Assembly: GCF_009914755.1 (NCBI RefSeq)
Contig: NC_060937.1
Length of the DNA stretch: 64,000 nucleotides
Origin: the human T2T-CHM13v2.0 reference genome, Homo sapiens
Direction: 5' to 3' (one strand)
The translations under genes were made by a program, and so were the position numbers. Each line of letters begins with the position of its first letter. Position 1 is the stretch's first letter. Below the pieces are notes generated by a model that did not search any database, was not told the DNA's origin, and worked only from the letters and a program-made list of their open reading frames with translations. Shown here one piece after another: positions 11,840 through 26,227 of this stretch.

Positions 11840-14800
11840 TTTTTTTCCGTAATTTCATTACGTATTTGGCATACTTCTCCCAACGTTGTGAGAAATCCTT
11901 TTTAAAATGTTGTTCCTTGTTTTTCAAGAATTTTTAGGGTTTTTTTTTTTTTTTAGTTTTTAGCCAAATTTTCTTTTGACATATGATATATACTATGGAT
12001 TTAAATAATTTTCTCTCCATTCCTCTTTGCTACATAATAACATTTTAAACATATCTAGTTAAGGATAAACTTTAGTCCAGCTCCTTCTAATTCAGAATTA
12101 TTATAGCTCATCCAAAGTACTGAGGTGTTGTGTGTGTAAAATAGTATCATGAACAGGACGGGGGCACAGTGAGATCAGCCCCTGTCAAGTGATACCTGGG
12201 AATCTAGCAAGGTGAGCGCACAGTCTTCTCGTGGATTATGGTGTATTTGCGGCCACCTGTGGGCCTCTAGGGTCCCTTTTTGTATGATGTCCTTCAAATA
12301 AACATTGTCTCCATATGAATGACACAGGAATCTGGGACAGTTTCTCCCTGTACACAACATGATCATTCTACAAAATCGTATCTAGGAAGGAATCTAATGT
12401 TTAACAGCAAGATTTCCCCACAGCCACTGTTAGATAAATCTCCGTCTGGTCATACAGAGGGCAGGCTAGAGAGAAGTGAAATTGTAAGCATGAAAACACA
12501 CATCTCACTTCTCATCTGGACTCTAGATGGAAGTCAAAGATGACAACAGTAGTCTGACATTCTTAAGTCATATCCTTTCATTTGTTAATTTATTTATATT
12601 TGCTGGTACCCTTCCTAGATTCTTACACACCCTGCCCAGACTCTTACACACATGACCCTGTGAGGACATGCATGTATTTAAAATAAGGTGAATGATACCC
12701 AGGGTGTAGTCTGTGCTTACGGAAGTACACACGCCTGACCCAAGGGAATGTCGAACTTCATTCACGGCTGAGCTGACTGCACCAAAATGGTGGCTCAGAG
12801 CTGTTTGCAAAGTTATGCTTTAGAAACAGACGCGAATGGGGGCCAGGTTAGGCCACATGTAGCTGAAACTTCATGCACCAAAAGTACATCCTTTTAGATG
12901 AAGTTGAGCTTCAACACAAGTCTGAGCTTTCTGCTAACGACACTGATAAACCATGTGCTGTCAAAAAGCGCATTCCTGCAGCTGACTTGAGATCATTAGT
13001 TTCCAAATGCCTCATAATAAACCTCATTTGTATTCTTTCTTTTTCTCAGGGAATGAAGTGGATCTTGGCCCATTTCTTTTCATTTATTTGAACTAAAAAT
13101 TAGGTCTCTCATTTGTTTTACTGCTTTCATTTTTGAGAGAAGAAAATGATGAATGCATCCATGAATTTTTTCAGCAAAGAATGGCAATAAGAATTCTTCA
13201 CTGCCCAACATATATCCATTGTATTTCTAACTCCCTTTTTCGCTGTTGGATTAAAATTTGCTTTTATGAATATGAATACCGCCATTTCCTTTTAAAAAAA
13301 ATTGTTCTGTTTTCTTTGTTCTATTTTCTCGGCTCAGCTGACCTTGTACTTTAAATATGATGGTGACTTCATTCAAATAATGTTACAAAAGCTAAAATGG
13401 AAAATGAAAATAAAAACTGTAAAAAGAAAATTGAAATATCAGTTTCTGTTTGCTTGTATTTAAGATTTAAGAATGTTTTTGAATAACGAATGCATTGTAA
13501 CTGGAATATCAAACTCAGGCAATATTGAATCCTGCTTTTAAAAAATGTCCTTCAAGTTTTAGTTGCCCCCTTCTCAAATGCAAATCAGTCACTCGGCGCA
13601 TCTTTATCTATTATGCTAGTTACCATGATAGATGTTGGCATTACAGCATCAAACAAAACAGACAGAAATTCCTGAGCCTATGCGTTGAATACCCAGATGG
13701 GATCTGTCTTATATATCCATCCAATGTTCTGTTTCTGTAGCCCAGGGTATACTAGTATCTCTTATTTCCTTTCCTTTCAGCCTGGTTTTGAAAGAATTTT
13801 AATAGTGCATACAACTGAAACCAGGTTAAAGATATCCTGAGACCATGGCTGTTTACAGAAAACTTTGTAATGTTTACGATCCAGTTAAGCTGGGCTGTGG
13901 CTGAGGCTCTTGACACATGGTGCCCTCTATATTTCTATAAAAGGGAGAAAATATATTGTACTTCTGGTCCTTCAAGTCATGGTTTAGGCTGAGACAAGCA
14001 TTCTTTAAAAAAAAAAATCACCTTTGATAATCTAGTATCTACAAGCCAAACGCTGTCATGTCTAGCATTTAAGTATTTTAAAGATTAAACAATTTATCCT
14101 CAGAAAGAAAATAAGAAAACCATTGTTGTGTGTTTACCAGGCCTGTCCTAGGCCTATTCACACGTGTTATCCAAATTCAATTATTGCAGCCACCATTGAG
14201 ATTATATTTTTTACACTTGTGAATACTTTGCTCAAAAACCACACATCTAGAGTCATGATGGATTCCCACAAGGGCAAGACCAGGGAAGGGGAGGACCGCT
14301 GGCCTTCAGGGAGTCCCTGGTAGGAATGGTAGCCTTTCCCTCTGTGGATCCAAGGAGGGCCACAAATCTCTAAGGCACAGATCCAAGGCAGAAAGTCAGA
14401 CCTGAATCCAATTTCATGCTTAGGTGGTCAGGACAGAAGAAAAAAAAGAAGAAGAAGAAGGGGAAAGGAGCACCTTGTTAGACTTCCATTTGCCCATGAC
14501 ACTCTCTAATATGAGGGGTATGATCAGAAATAGGACACAGTCCTCGGCAATGTGCCTGACAAGCAGGGGATGAAGACAGCCAGTGCCTGTTCAGAGACGC
14601 AGAAAGACAGAAGCTTCAGACACCCCCTGCCTGGAAAAGCGAGGGACCGGAAGACAGTGGGCTGAGGTACGCCCAATGATCACTAGTAGTAGATGGAATT
14701 TGTCTGAAGCTAGGAAAGAACTGAGAATCGAAACTCAAACCCGTGTTTGCCAAATGTGACACCCGACATGAAATGGAGGCTACCATGCTTAGCTCCATCT

Positions 14801-15419
14801 AAAGGAGGTGTAGTGAGACCAAATGCTTGTTAAGCCCTGACAGGCAGCCTTGTGCTGTGCTGGAGCTGGCTCAGTTCACCAAATGAACTCAAGAAATGGG
14901 AGCCCGGTCTTGTATATGGAGTCATAAAGGAGAAATGCTGGGATAACTTGGAGGGAGGCTGAAAATCTAAACAAGTTTTTAAGCTGTTCTTGTCATTGCT
15001 GATGGCATGTTTCTGAGGACAGGGGCCAATGAGTGAAGGAAAAAGACTGAAGGAAGCTTCAGGAGGAGGATTCCGGGCTGTAATTGTCTTGCCTTTTGGA
15101 GTTGTGTTTCATTCTCAAGTGTTTAGCTCTGCAGCATTCTCCCTTCCTTGCATAAACCTTTTTCACCATGGCTGAGTGGATTTGTTTTTTAAATTAAAGT
15201 GCATTAAAATACATTTTGTTGATAATAGATTGAAATGTTTATATAAATATAATTACAAATGTACTTTTCTGTCACAAAGCAAGAATGGAAATCACTAATG
15301 TACCAATTTAATGCTGCTGTGAATAAATATAAAAAGAATTTAGCTGGTAGGCTGAAAAATCTTTACCCACATTTGAAAAATTTTGTAAATAAAGCTAAAC
15401 ACTCATCAGTAGCTTTGTA

Positions 15420-15738
15420 CTTATTTTAAAATTTGTATTGATACATAACTGAACCTGTTGATGCGGAAAGTGTGATATTTGGATGTTCACATACAATGTG
15501 TAATGACCAAATCAGGGTAATTATCACCTAAACAATCACCTAAAACATTTATCATTTCTTTGTGCTGGGAACATTTAAAATATTTTCCTCTATTTTGAAA
15601 TATATGATAAATTATTGTTGACTATAGTCGCCCTACTGTGTTATCAAACACTGGAACTTATTTTTTCCATCTAATTCTATGTTTCTACCCATTAACCAAC
15701 CTCTCTTCACTCCTCCCAGCCTCTGGTAACTGTCAATA
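15420..15738 (-). mobile_element. L1MA (L1MA3/4-like) 3'UTR fragment
   Basis: ATACAATGTGTAATGACCAAATCAGGGTAATT...CCAGCCTCTGGTAAC antisense L1MA 3' motifs. Confidence 0.8.
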
Positions 15739-17009
15739 AAAGCATTACCTTGACTGAAGTGTGTTTCTCTTTGTCCGTCTTTCCAGAAGACAACCCTGGC
15801 ACGGGAGGTTTTCTGGTCTTACTGGTGGATATCCATTTTTGGCAGCTTTCTGACACTGTTTCATAATTTCTATGGCCTGCTATTTGCTTTTCTGTTAATG
15901 TCTGTATATATTTTCTAACTTGGAACCAACCAGACGGGCCTCCTTATCCAAAGTATTTCATGCTGAGATGCTGAAGGGGAAAATGCTCTTCCAGCAATTG
16001 CTTGGCCTCACTCCTCTGAGGCTAAACCATTCTGTCAGTTGTTACATCTGGCACACCTCTGTTCGGTCGTATTTCATCTGGCTTTATTCAATTCTAATTC
16101 AGCAGCTAATTCTACTTGAAGAACGAACACAAGATGGAGTTGGTCAGATTTACCATAGTATATGAAGACAGAGATGTGGGGACCTAGGCACTGTCCCTTC
16201 TGAATCCATTGTTAAGTTGACAAAATAATTTTGTATGAAATGCTAGCAGTCAGGGTAATTGGCCACGTTACGTAGTCAACAGGAAGGTCAGGCAAAGGGG
16301 ACAGGGGAGCAGCACATTCAATGATTAAGCTTTTGCTGTTCACATACATTTTCATGGATCACAATCTCAATTAAAAACCCAGAGGTCCAAGCAGTGAGTA
16401 ACTGCTGCCAGTACCATTTCAAGAAGTTGAAAAGAAGACGTACATGGGAAATGTTAGCTCTGAAACAGTATGTTGTCCAGTCCAAAAACACAAATAAAAT
16501 GACCTTTTAGTAACTAGGGTGGGACGAGACTGAGAAGCCCAGAGTCAACCCTTTGCTCATGGCTTCACAGGCACGCTGCCTTTCCAAAGTAATCCCTGGC
16601 CACTTCTGGGCTAGTGTCAAAAGTGGCCATTTGAATGGGCCATGGTGCTCATCAATGTTGCCTGCGTGATCAGGTTCACTTTGGAAACATAGTGGTAGAA
16701 CATTTGATAACAGAGATTATATGACACACCGTGGGCATTGTCTCAGAAGCCTGTCTATCTGCTTTTTTTTTTTTTAACATCCAGTTATTTAACAAAGGTT
16801 TATTGTACCAAGCACTGTGCTTTGTGTAGGGGAAACTAGAGTGAGAAAAAACAGATTTTGTCTGTTGCAAATCCGTATATACGTCAACGGAACCCGTTAT
16901 TCAGTAAACAGGAATGGATCCACTTCATTTTGTTTTCTGTAAACTGGGAGCTGTCTCTTCTCTGTGGCATGAACGCAGAGCTGTTGATTTCCAGCCTTAC
17001 TCTTTTATT

Positions 17010-17125
17010 TGCTCATTTCATGGTCTTAAGCCATAGAATCCCTCAATTTCCTCATCTATATAAATGGGGAAAATAACCCTAAACTCCCAGGGATTAACCA
17101 ATTAGGGATTTCAAAGGATTTGAAA
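17010..17125 (+). mobile_element. MIR fragment
   Basis: CCTCAATTTCCTCATCTATAAATGGGG MIR core. Confidence 0.75.
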
Positions 17126-19373
17126 GTCTCTTTCATGGTTTTTCAGTGTTATTTTTCTAGCAGACTTATTAATATGCTTCATCTGTTGTAGTTTTGTAAA
17201 TTGTAACCAACAAGTTCTTTGTCCTTTATTATATTCACCACCATGGATCTTTATTCTTGATTAAATTTGTTGTTATAAAGATCCCCTTTCACTCTTGGAA
17301 TTGTATTTTCTATTCCAAAGAATTCCTCAGCATAGGGAAGATGGTGTTTTCATATGCCCCCTTCCAAAATACAGTGTTTGTATGTTTTTTAAATTATCTA
17401 AGTATTTCATATTACTTCAATACAGAGGAGGGCAAATTTGCTTGAGAGAGAAATTGAAGGAAGGAAGGAGAGAAAACACATTTAAATGTTCCTCACAGAA
17501 GATGTAACGTCTAATAGCAGACTGTTTGAATATATAAAGAGTCTTCAATGTATTTGTATATGTTGAAGAAAAACAGAATTGATGAACAAAATATTCCAAT
17601 AAAATTCATGAAGCCAAAAATATATCCGCTATCTGTGTACAGGAACACATAAGTGCAGTGAAAATACTTCCTAAACTGTAGTTAAGTACTAAATTATACG
17701 ACTGAGCTATTTTAAATAATACTTTGTTTATAATAATCTTTTTATTATCCCTAACTTCTAATTAATGCAAAATAAATCACCCACCTAACACGTTCTATAA
17801 CTTCCAAATTACTTGCATCTCATAACCAAATCATTCTTTATTGTATTTTAAAATCATAAGTATACGAAAATGTCTTTCACTGACAGTATTTTTGTAAGTT
17901 TACCAATTCTCATATTTTTTCTGTATGTTCAGCAAGACTAAAATTTATGTATCTTTATCAGTCAGGCCAAAACTTAATTTATTTATGACACCGTGACAAG
18001 GGTATATTCTCCTTTCTTAAACACACCCCATTCTTATCCAAGAATATTATGTCTCCTCCATTTCACTCACAAACGCGTTCATTCTATATATGGCATACCC
18101 TGCAAGCAATTATGCTTTTTTTATTTTTCAAGCAACTTTATTTACTTATAAAATCCTCAAAAGGGCACAAGCGACAGCCTCAGCCTTCTGCCACAGCCCT
18201 TATTGCTGTGCATACTGATGAGCAATTCATAAAATATTAACCAAGTTTGTGTCTAGGGTAAAATATGAGGTAGAGGTTTGACAGTGAGCTGTGTAATCAA
18301 CTGGAGGTTTCCATTTTATGCTTCAGAAGGTGTGAGGAAGGCAGTTTTTTCAGCTTTCCCTCGCAGGGCCAGTGGGGCAATGTTGGTGGACAGCGTGAAT
18401 CCGTGCACTGAGACGCAGCATTCTGGGTTCATGACTAAAGTATCTTCTTCCCTATCTTCCTGATGCCCCTACCATTTTTATGAATCAGAGAGAAAGAGAA
18501 AGAGAGCACTGTATCAAAATGAGCTCCACTATGAGATGTGATCAAGTTTTCAATGGAAAGAAATGGTGCTGCACTAGGAAACAGCAGTGAAATCTATGTG
18601 ATATTGTGAGAGCATTTGGACTGAGACATGCGGAGTGGAAAGCCCGAAGCCTGGTGAAGTGCAAAGGGAAATGTTTCCAGGTGAGGGAAAAGCAAGTGCA
18701 AAGTCTTCTCATGAAATAAAACATATCATGTCCACGGGGATAATCGTGATCTCTACAGCCCCTACGTGGAGTACAGTTAAGTTGGCTACAGACTACAGGT
18801 TTAACAATGATTATGTCCATGAATGGCCATGAGAATTAGGTGTCAGTCAGGAACAGTAAAGTGAAAGCAACAATTAAATTTCTACGGGGGCAGACAGGAA
18901 GGGTTGGTGTGTACACTTTGCCCAGCACAAGCACATAGAATATTAGAGCAGGTCCTTAGAGATTCTGTTTGTAGTGGGCATCCAAACTGAGACCATAACG
19001 AGGGTGTCCAGGCAGGGGGAGGAAAGCCAAAGAAGATAAAGAAGATGGTGTGGCCTAGGGAGACCCAGAGCTCCAGATAAAGTGGGCAGAGACCTGAAGT
19101 GCCTGGAGACAAGTTGCGGGCAGCAGTTTGTGTTCAGCCCAAAGAGGAGCAAGGGCAATAAGCCATGCAAGGTGGTGTCATATGGTGACCCTCCAGACCA
19201 AGTCCTGGCCGTCTGCCCCACAGTCCTCTCAGTGGGCTGGAACAAACAAAGAGAGCCAGGTGCCTTTTGGGAGCAAAATTAAAACACCTGCTTCCATGCC
19301 AAACTTTTGAAAGTTAGGCTAAGAGGGCTTCTTTGTGCAACTTGATTATGACATGCCTCAACATCTTTGTCTT

Positions 19374-19376
<3 letters not shown>

Positions 19377-19411
<35 letters not shown>
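19377..19411. repeat. (GT)n microsatellite
   Basis: About 17 perfect units. Confidence 0.97.
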
Positions 19412-19412
<1 letters not shown>

Positions 19413-19944
19413 TGGTGTGTGCATGTGCATGCACATGCTTGGAGTGGTTGAGCTGCTGGGATCAGCAAGTGTATATTTTTCATTAATTTGAGACATTTGG
19501 GGACATCACTTTTCAAATATATCTCTTCTGCTTCTCCTTTCTTCTCTCCTTTAGAAACTCTAATTATACATACATGAGGCCACTTGCACTTGTGCCACAA
19601 ATCACCACACTGTTCATTTCTTGTCTTTTGTTCTCTGTGTGTTTCATTTTGGATAGCTTTCTATGTTTACAAGTTCACTAATCTTTTCCTCTGCAAGGTC
19701 TAATCTGCTAATGACCTCACTTATATTTTTCACCTTTGCCACTGTCACTTTCAACACTAGATGTTTGATTTATCTTTATATTTTCTAAGTCTCTGCTGAT
19801 AACAGGCTCATTTTCTTTCTGCAGTTTTTTGATCATATGGAATACAGCTACAATTCCCATTATAATGTCCTTATTTACTAATTCTATCATCTGTGTCTAT
19901 ATATTTAGATCTGTCTTGGGAGATCTGTTTATCTCCTTCTTTTT

Positions 19945-19945
<1 letters not shown>

Positions 19946-19996
<51 letters not shown>

Positions 19997-20028
19997 CAGA
20001 TAGACAGACAGACAGACAGACAGATAGA
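19946..20028. repeat. Compound (GATA)n/(GACA)n tetranucleotide STR
   Basis: About 12 GATA units followed by a GACA/GATA mix. Confidence 0.97.
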
Positions 20029-20789
20029 TTGATTTTTTGTTTGTTAGGTGGGGCCGAAACAGCCTTAGTTTAGGGCTGCATGTGCCTCCTGCTGAGGCAA
20101 TACCCTTCTGTGTGCCCTGATGATGTCCCATGAATTACAAGCACTTTTCTCCCTGGTTGGTGGGAATACATGATGTTCATGGCCTTGTGTGAGCTCCAGG
20201 GCTATTCCTCCAGGTTTTTTTGAGTGGTTCTTTCCCCAGCCTAGGGTAGTTTCCTGGTGCTCCCATGATGTAGTTCAGCTAAAGGCTTGAGGGAGGCCTC
20301 TGCGAGTTTCAGAGCTCCCTCTCTCTGTGCAGCTCTCTCCTCCTGGGTACCCTCCTGGGATGCTCTATTCACTTGGCCTCTACGGGTTCTCAGCCCCACC
20401 TCCTCAGTACAAGGATGAGCCAGGTCCTCCTGGGGAACCCCCGCTGCACAGCAGCCTGAACACGCTCTCCCGGCAGGAGGTAGCGGTGCTTCCAGAGCTG
20501 ATGCTGTTTCCCACCTCCGACAGTCATTGTCCTGTACTGGCTGATGCCCAGTGTCAGAAAACCCCTGTTTCACGTTCTGACTGTGTCTTTAGCTGTTTCA
20601 GGTAGGAGGGAAATCCATTCACTGTAACTTTATATTGGTAAGAAGAAGAAATAACCAAGATCTACTTTTCTAAACTTATTAAAGACCCTTAGGTAAGTGC
20701 AAGGAGAAGTGAAGCTAGATGGAGCAGAGAATTGGTCACAAACCGCATCCAATAATGACAAATTAAATAACATAAAACAACCAGAAGAG

Positions 20790-21000
20790 TGGCTAATATT
20801 TATTAATGGCTTCAGAGTACCTGGCAGTATTCTAAGCATATGAATTATTTTACTTATTACTCTAAATAATTCTTTGAAGTACGTACTTTCAAAACCCTCA
20901 CCGCATAGATTTTTTTTAACAATGTAAGAAAGAAATTAAGTGAATTGTCCAAGAAAATGTAATTTTCCAGAGCTGGGAGCGGACCCAGGTCAGTTACGTT
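20790..21000 (-). mobile_element. MIR
   Basis: AAATTAAGTGAATTGTCCAAG...CAGAGCTGGGAGCGGACCCAGGTC antisense MIR pattern. Confidence 0.6.
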
Positions 21001-22099
21001 GGGTTTAGAGATGGATTTAGAGATGGGACTGTCACAGAGCAGAGAAACTTCAAAAGCTACTCAGAACAAAACAGAAGCTACAGGAACCTTAAGGAAGGAC
21101 ATTAAAATAAACCCCTACTAGCTTTGTTAGATATTCAGTCTCATCATAATTATTGGACACATCCTTGTCTTTTCCTCAAGGCCAGCGCAGTCTGGAACAA
21201 ACACAACTCTGTACTGCTATGAAATCACAGCTTGCTGTGTGGCCCTCAGCCTCTGCACGCACACGACTTTCTCCTTCTCTGAAGACCATAAGCCAGACAC
21301 CCCCATCTTGGTCTTGGTCTTGAAGTGTTCTCATGTTTTAGACAATACCACCGCCAAAAAGTATCCTCTTTCCTTTGTTATTTTCTAATATGTCTGTGCT
21401 CAATGAACCTGTCAAAATGAACATACTCCACTATAAAAACACATAGATACACCTCATCTACCCATGAATTTCAAGTAGGGATAAGTTCTTAAATGATTGA
21501 AATTCACCCATCCAACTTTCTCACCATCCATCTCTGGCACTGTTGCACAGGACCTGTGAAAGCCATATCATACCAGTATAATGGTACAGGTGAATTTCCT
21601 TTACCATTCCCTATCTTTTAAGATTTGATATAAATGTGTACAGGCCATAGTAGCACATGGGATATAAGCTTGTGGAAGGATGTACAGGGGCAAGCTCTTT
21701 GTGGCTTTCATGTTTGAGGATCCCACAATGCCTCTGCTGGTGCTCTGAACTAACATAGCACCTGTGCCTACAGTGTGCAGCCTTCGCCCAGGGTAGGCCA
21801 GGCCCTTCTCAGTCTTGCACCTCCTCCAGGTTATCCCTGCCACCCTCCTCCGTCATGTGTCCTCCATCACCTGGGGCAACATCCCTGGACCAGAGGCCTT
21901 TCTTGAAGAGCCCACTGTGCAACTTTTGTAACAAAAATGTATACAGCACAGCATTTCCTAAGAAGGAGAAATAGAACCAAGATCCTATAATTTGAGGGAC
22001 AAAAGAGCTAGAGAAGCTCCAGGTGCCAATTAATGGTGACACATTAGGAAACACTCAGAGGTGAGAAAATATCAGCCAGGCAGTCAAGAGTACACTGTT

Positions 22100-22490
22100 C
22101 ACTAACAAACATCCATCAAATTGCAGAGGCTATGGCGGCACACATTTCCGTCTCCCTCGTGTTACAGGTCTGTCTGGGGTTTGGTTCTGCTCAACATTCT
22201 GTTCAATTTATGAGCAAGTCTGATGGAGTCACTATCTGGGACACTGCCAGTCTTCAAAGCTAGGCAAGATAAGGGGACTCATGAGCCAGCTATTGACACT
22301 TCTGCTCAAAGATGACGCAGGTTATTCCTTCTCATATTACGCTGGACACACAAGTGGCATGCCACTCAGCAAAGTGGGTGCTCGGCTTAGGGGGACCTCC
22401 TAATTCTCCCATCGGGAAGGATATTGCAGCCCCATGGCCAAGACTGATATCCTCTAGGGAAGGAGGATAAGAATCTAAAGCAATAATAAA
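22100..22490 (-). mobile_element. Degenerate old MLT1-type LTR fragment
   Basis: CTTCTGCTCAAAGATGAC...TTCTCATATTAC...CAAGTGGCATGCC resembles antisense old MLT1. Confidence 0.45.
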
Positions 22491-24279
22491 ATCTACCATG
22501 AGGAGTAAGGAATTTCCCCATTGCAACAGACTTCACATGTGACTTTAACTACTCAGCCTTGGGGCCTTGCAGTGATAAGCAGAGTTGCAAACGATGTGGC
22601 CTTGCACATAGAAGGAAATGTTAGAGTGTGTCCTGGATTACAAGAATTGCCACTGGAGCAGCTAAGTTATTGCTGTCCCCAGCAGGGTACAGGCTGGAGT
22701 AAAAGAGCTACTGACACCAAAGACCTTATCACCATGTAAAAATGGAGTGAGACCCTCAGTTTCTGATGGGCAAATAGCATGCAAGTCTAAGTGATTCCGA
22801 CTGGCATCCCCAGGGTGGCAGCTCAACCCCACCTTGTCCTGTCCGTGTAACACAAGTGTGAGAAATTCAGAACACAGATGTCAGTCAATAAAAGAATGAA
22901 AGCCATTCTGTCAGAGGATTGAACAAAGATGTTCTTTCAGTTTAAAGACCTCACAGCCCTGGGGAAGCCAGGTAAAATGGAGTTTAATTGTCTCATTTAA
23001 GAAATTGAGATTATTTTATTCACATAAAAATGTCTTCGATAAAAAAATATAATTGCTGAGACCATAGACAACACCCAGGAGAGGAGCTCTCTGAATTGGC
23101 AGCAAGTTTAAAAGCTTCATTTCTCTCTTTCAAATGTGATGCTGAAGATCAATTTAGCTATGGGATTAGGAACAACAAGCTGCATAGAAAATTACTGAAT
23201 GAAATCTACAGGAAGGGCTGACTTAGAGAGGACGTCATGTTATGGATCATTTTGAAAACAGGGCACGCAGCATGGAGATGTTTTCATTGACCTCCACGGC
23301 CGTTGCATAAGACTACATCGATGCATTCGGAAGTCCCCTTGCAGAGAGCATCAGCCCACTGGGGCAGAGCCTCAGGCTGACTCACCACCCATTCCAGCAA
23401 TTTCCACTGGTTCAGAGCTTTCCCTGACTGGAGATGGGACTCTGTACTGAAGGCCAACCATTATTGCTGCTGTAACTTCACTGTTATTATAGATAATCAC
23501 GAATAGTGCATCAGCACATAACTGTGTATATGCAAAGTGGTTTACAATACAATTTTTTTAAAACTGATAAGAACATCAGGAACTGCACCCCCCACCTCTC
23601 TCTCTCTGCCCCTCTCTCTCTCCGTCTCTGACACATACATACTCTCTCTGTATGTAGTACACAGATACGTTATATATACTACATAGCCACATACAATGTG
23701 TCCACTAGTTATATTGCCAGCAGGCCATACTAAATAAGAGAAGACTATAACAACATAATCAAAATGTAGCACTATAAACAAACAAAACATCTCACAGTGA
23801 GTCTGATCCCATGTGTAATCACGTTCCGGATTGCTATGAGAGAAAGGGCTCCCCAAGGGCCTTCACCTGGAAAATGATTCAGTTGATGGGATCGGCAACA
23901 ACAACCAAAGGACACAAGGAATGGCCCATACCAAGTAGGGAAGCCAAGAGAAAAGAATCAGAAATAAGGAGTTTATCAAGTATTGAACAAAATAAAATGA
24001 GAATTGAAGAAAGGGCACTGAATTTGCTGTATCTGAAGCCATTGGTGACTTATTTAAGGAGAGTGGTGGGCAAAGTTATATTGTGTTGTTTAAACCATTC
24101 AATCTCTCATCTGTCCAAGTCACGGGTCCACGGGAGGAGTCCCACACAGGCAGCCCCTGGCCTCATGGAGCATCTACTCTATCTCTGTAATTTCCTACAT
24201 TTTGGACAATGATCTCTTATAAGAGATGCATTTTCCACTACAAAATCATATGTGGGCACACACATACACAAACGCACAC

Positions 24280-24432
24280 ACCCCACTGGAACAAAATTTC
24301 ATTAAGGAACACCTGTATTTACCAAATGTGATCAACATCTCTTTTCTGTTCTATTTAATTCGATTAAAAACCTAATGGTGATGACCAACTGAAGCGATTC
24401 CACAACCACACACTGGGTTTCAAGCAGTGCTG
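24280..24432. mobile_element. hAT-Charlie-like DNA transposon end fragment
   Basis: Degenerate ...GACCAACTGAAGCGATTCCACAACC...GGGTTTCAAGCAGTGCTG terminus; recollection only. Confidence 0.4.
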
Positions 24433-26034
24433 AACACACATGCAGCCGATACGGTGCCTGGAGCTTGCAAGCCCTTCCAGCCCTGGGCCTTTACTGGAGA
24501 GGAACTGGGTGTGGGGGGCCTCAGTCCTCAGGAGCAGAGGCGGCCCCAGAGGGGATTTCAGATCCAGGAACTCAGGGTATTGGTGAGGGAAGAAAAGGGG
24601 AAGAGGGAGAGGGAAGCAGGGGGCTGGGTCAGTGGGAAGACCTGGACCCCACAAGGGATTCCAGGTTCCAATTCTGCAGCTGAGAGGACACGGTCAATAG
24701 GAATCCCCAAACCCAAGATTCTCTTCCTGCGAGAGCTTCCACTTCAGTCCATCGGTATTAACTGACGCCAAGGGCAGGACCACCCAAGGATGGAGTGATT
24801 CTGGTGGAGGGGGCAGGCAAGAGGGCCGCCCTGGGGCCGAGTGGCTGAGCAGGCAGGACATGCTTTCTCTCCTTCCCTACATTTCTCTCGCCTTCGCTCT
24901 GCCCTCATGAACTTTGCAGACCTTGCTCTGCTGTGCTTTCCCTTGTGCTCCAGGCAAAGGTGGAAGACATGGCAATACTCCAGGGTTCTCCAAGGAGGGT
25001 TAGGTCACTCCGCTCCTCTCAGGACTCAAGACTGAGCTAGAGCAAGTGAAGGATGGGGTTGGGCCTTGGAGCTTCTTCCCCTCCTTTTCTAGGTCAGAGG
25101 CATGTCTCCTTCCTGCTCACTCCCATCCCCTTCCCCGCTCCTCCTCTGTCCAAGGAGAAGATGTGCAACACCTGCACTGTGCATTTCATGGGTGCATAAT
25201 AGGTACTAAAGGAGGCCTTTCCTTCGGTCTCCCCAAGACTACATGTTGCTCTGCCAAAGTTCAAAACACTGACGTACGTGAAGATGAAGGACAGCATCCC
25301 AGGGGGAGCTTCACAGCCATGCGTTCTGCAGGGGGCACTCGACGGCAGTGAGAACTCTACTCTCAGCCCTTCTCCTGGGAGCTCACACATGCACAAGGGC
25401 ACACGAGGCTCTGGCACATGGCCATGGAAGGGCTATCTGTGCTCTGGGTCCCACATTTTCCAGCTTCATTATTCTCTTGGATTCTTTTTCTCTGTCCCCA
25501 CTTCCAGCTGACCTGGCAGTGAACCCAGAGTTGAATCCCTTGGCCGTTTTCTATTTAGTATTCTGTCCTGGTATCTCCTTGGCTACTTCCCCTCCTGGTG
25601 GAGAAGGTGCTGTTGAGAGAAGAGTGAAGTGACGCAGGGCCAGCCTGGGAAAGGATGTTGACAAAAAGCAAAGTTCCCCTCACTTCCTGCTCTGCTCAGG
25701 ACAGAGCTGCTCTCTCTCCACTGCGTGCAGATGCAAAGTAGAGATCGTTTTTGTCCATACCAAATACAAACTAATTTTTCCGTATCACTGGCCACAAAAA
25801 ATATAATCAAGTCACCCACAAAAAAAGAAGTAGGGGCCTAAGATTTTTTATTCTCTAAATTTTTCTCAAAGTAGATGACCCCAAAAAATACTTTGATAAG
25901 ATTAAAGACTGATTCCGAAATAGAGATTAGACATGCTTGAATTCGCTAGCCTTTGCGTATATAAAAGTAAGGGAACTCTAGAAATAAAACCCTCAGCACA
26001 CTATTGATTTGATATAAATATCTATTTTGTGGCA

Positions 26035-26227
26035 AAGCTGTTGTGCTAAGCACAGAATTTCCCATAAATTTGCGTCACAATTTGAGATAGATGCTATTAG
26101 CTCCATTTTGTAAGGAAAAAAATGAAGAGACAAAGAGGCTAACAACCTTGCCCATAAACACAAGCAGCGAGTGGCAGGTTCGAGATGTGAATCCCACGTG
26201 GCTGCCAGCCCGCTTGCTTAGCTACAA
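26035..26227 (-). mobile_element. MIR
   Basis: CTCCATTTTGTAAGGAAAAAAATGAAG...AACCTTGCCCA...GAGTGGCAG antisense MIR core. Confidence 0.75.

Larger units (their letters stand above)
19330..20640 (-). mobile_element. Old L1M ORF1 and 5' region fragment
   Basis: ORF 19358..19600(-) HVCIIRVSKGEKKGEAEEIY...KLMKNIHLLIPAAQ resembles the L1 ORF1p motif NIRIIGVPEGEE...NLMKDINLQIQEAQ. Confidence 0.7.

Noticed and set aside
23811-25632. Cluster of 94-133 aa ORFs
   Set aside because: No homology I can recognise and no consistent exon structure; explained by base composition.
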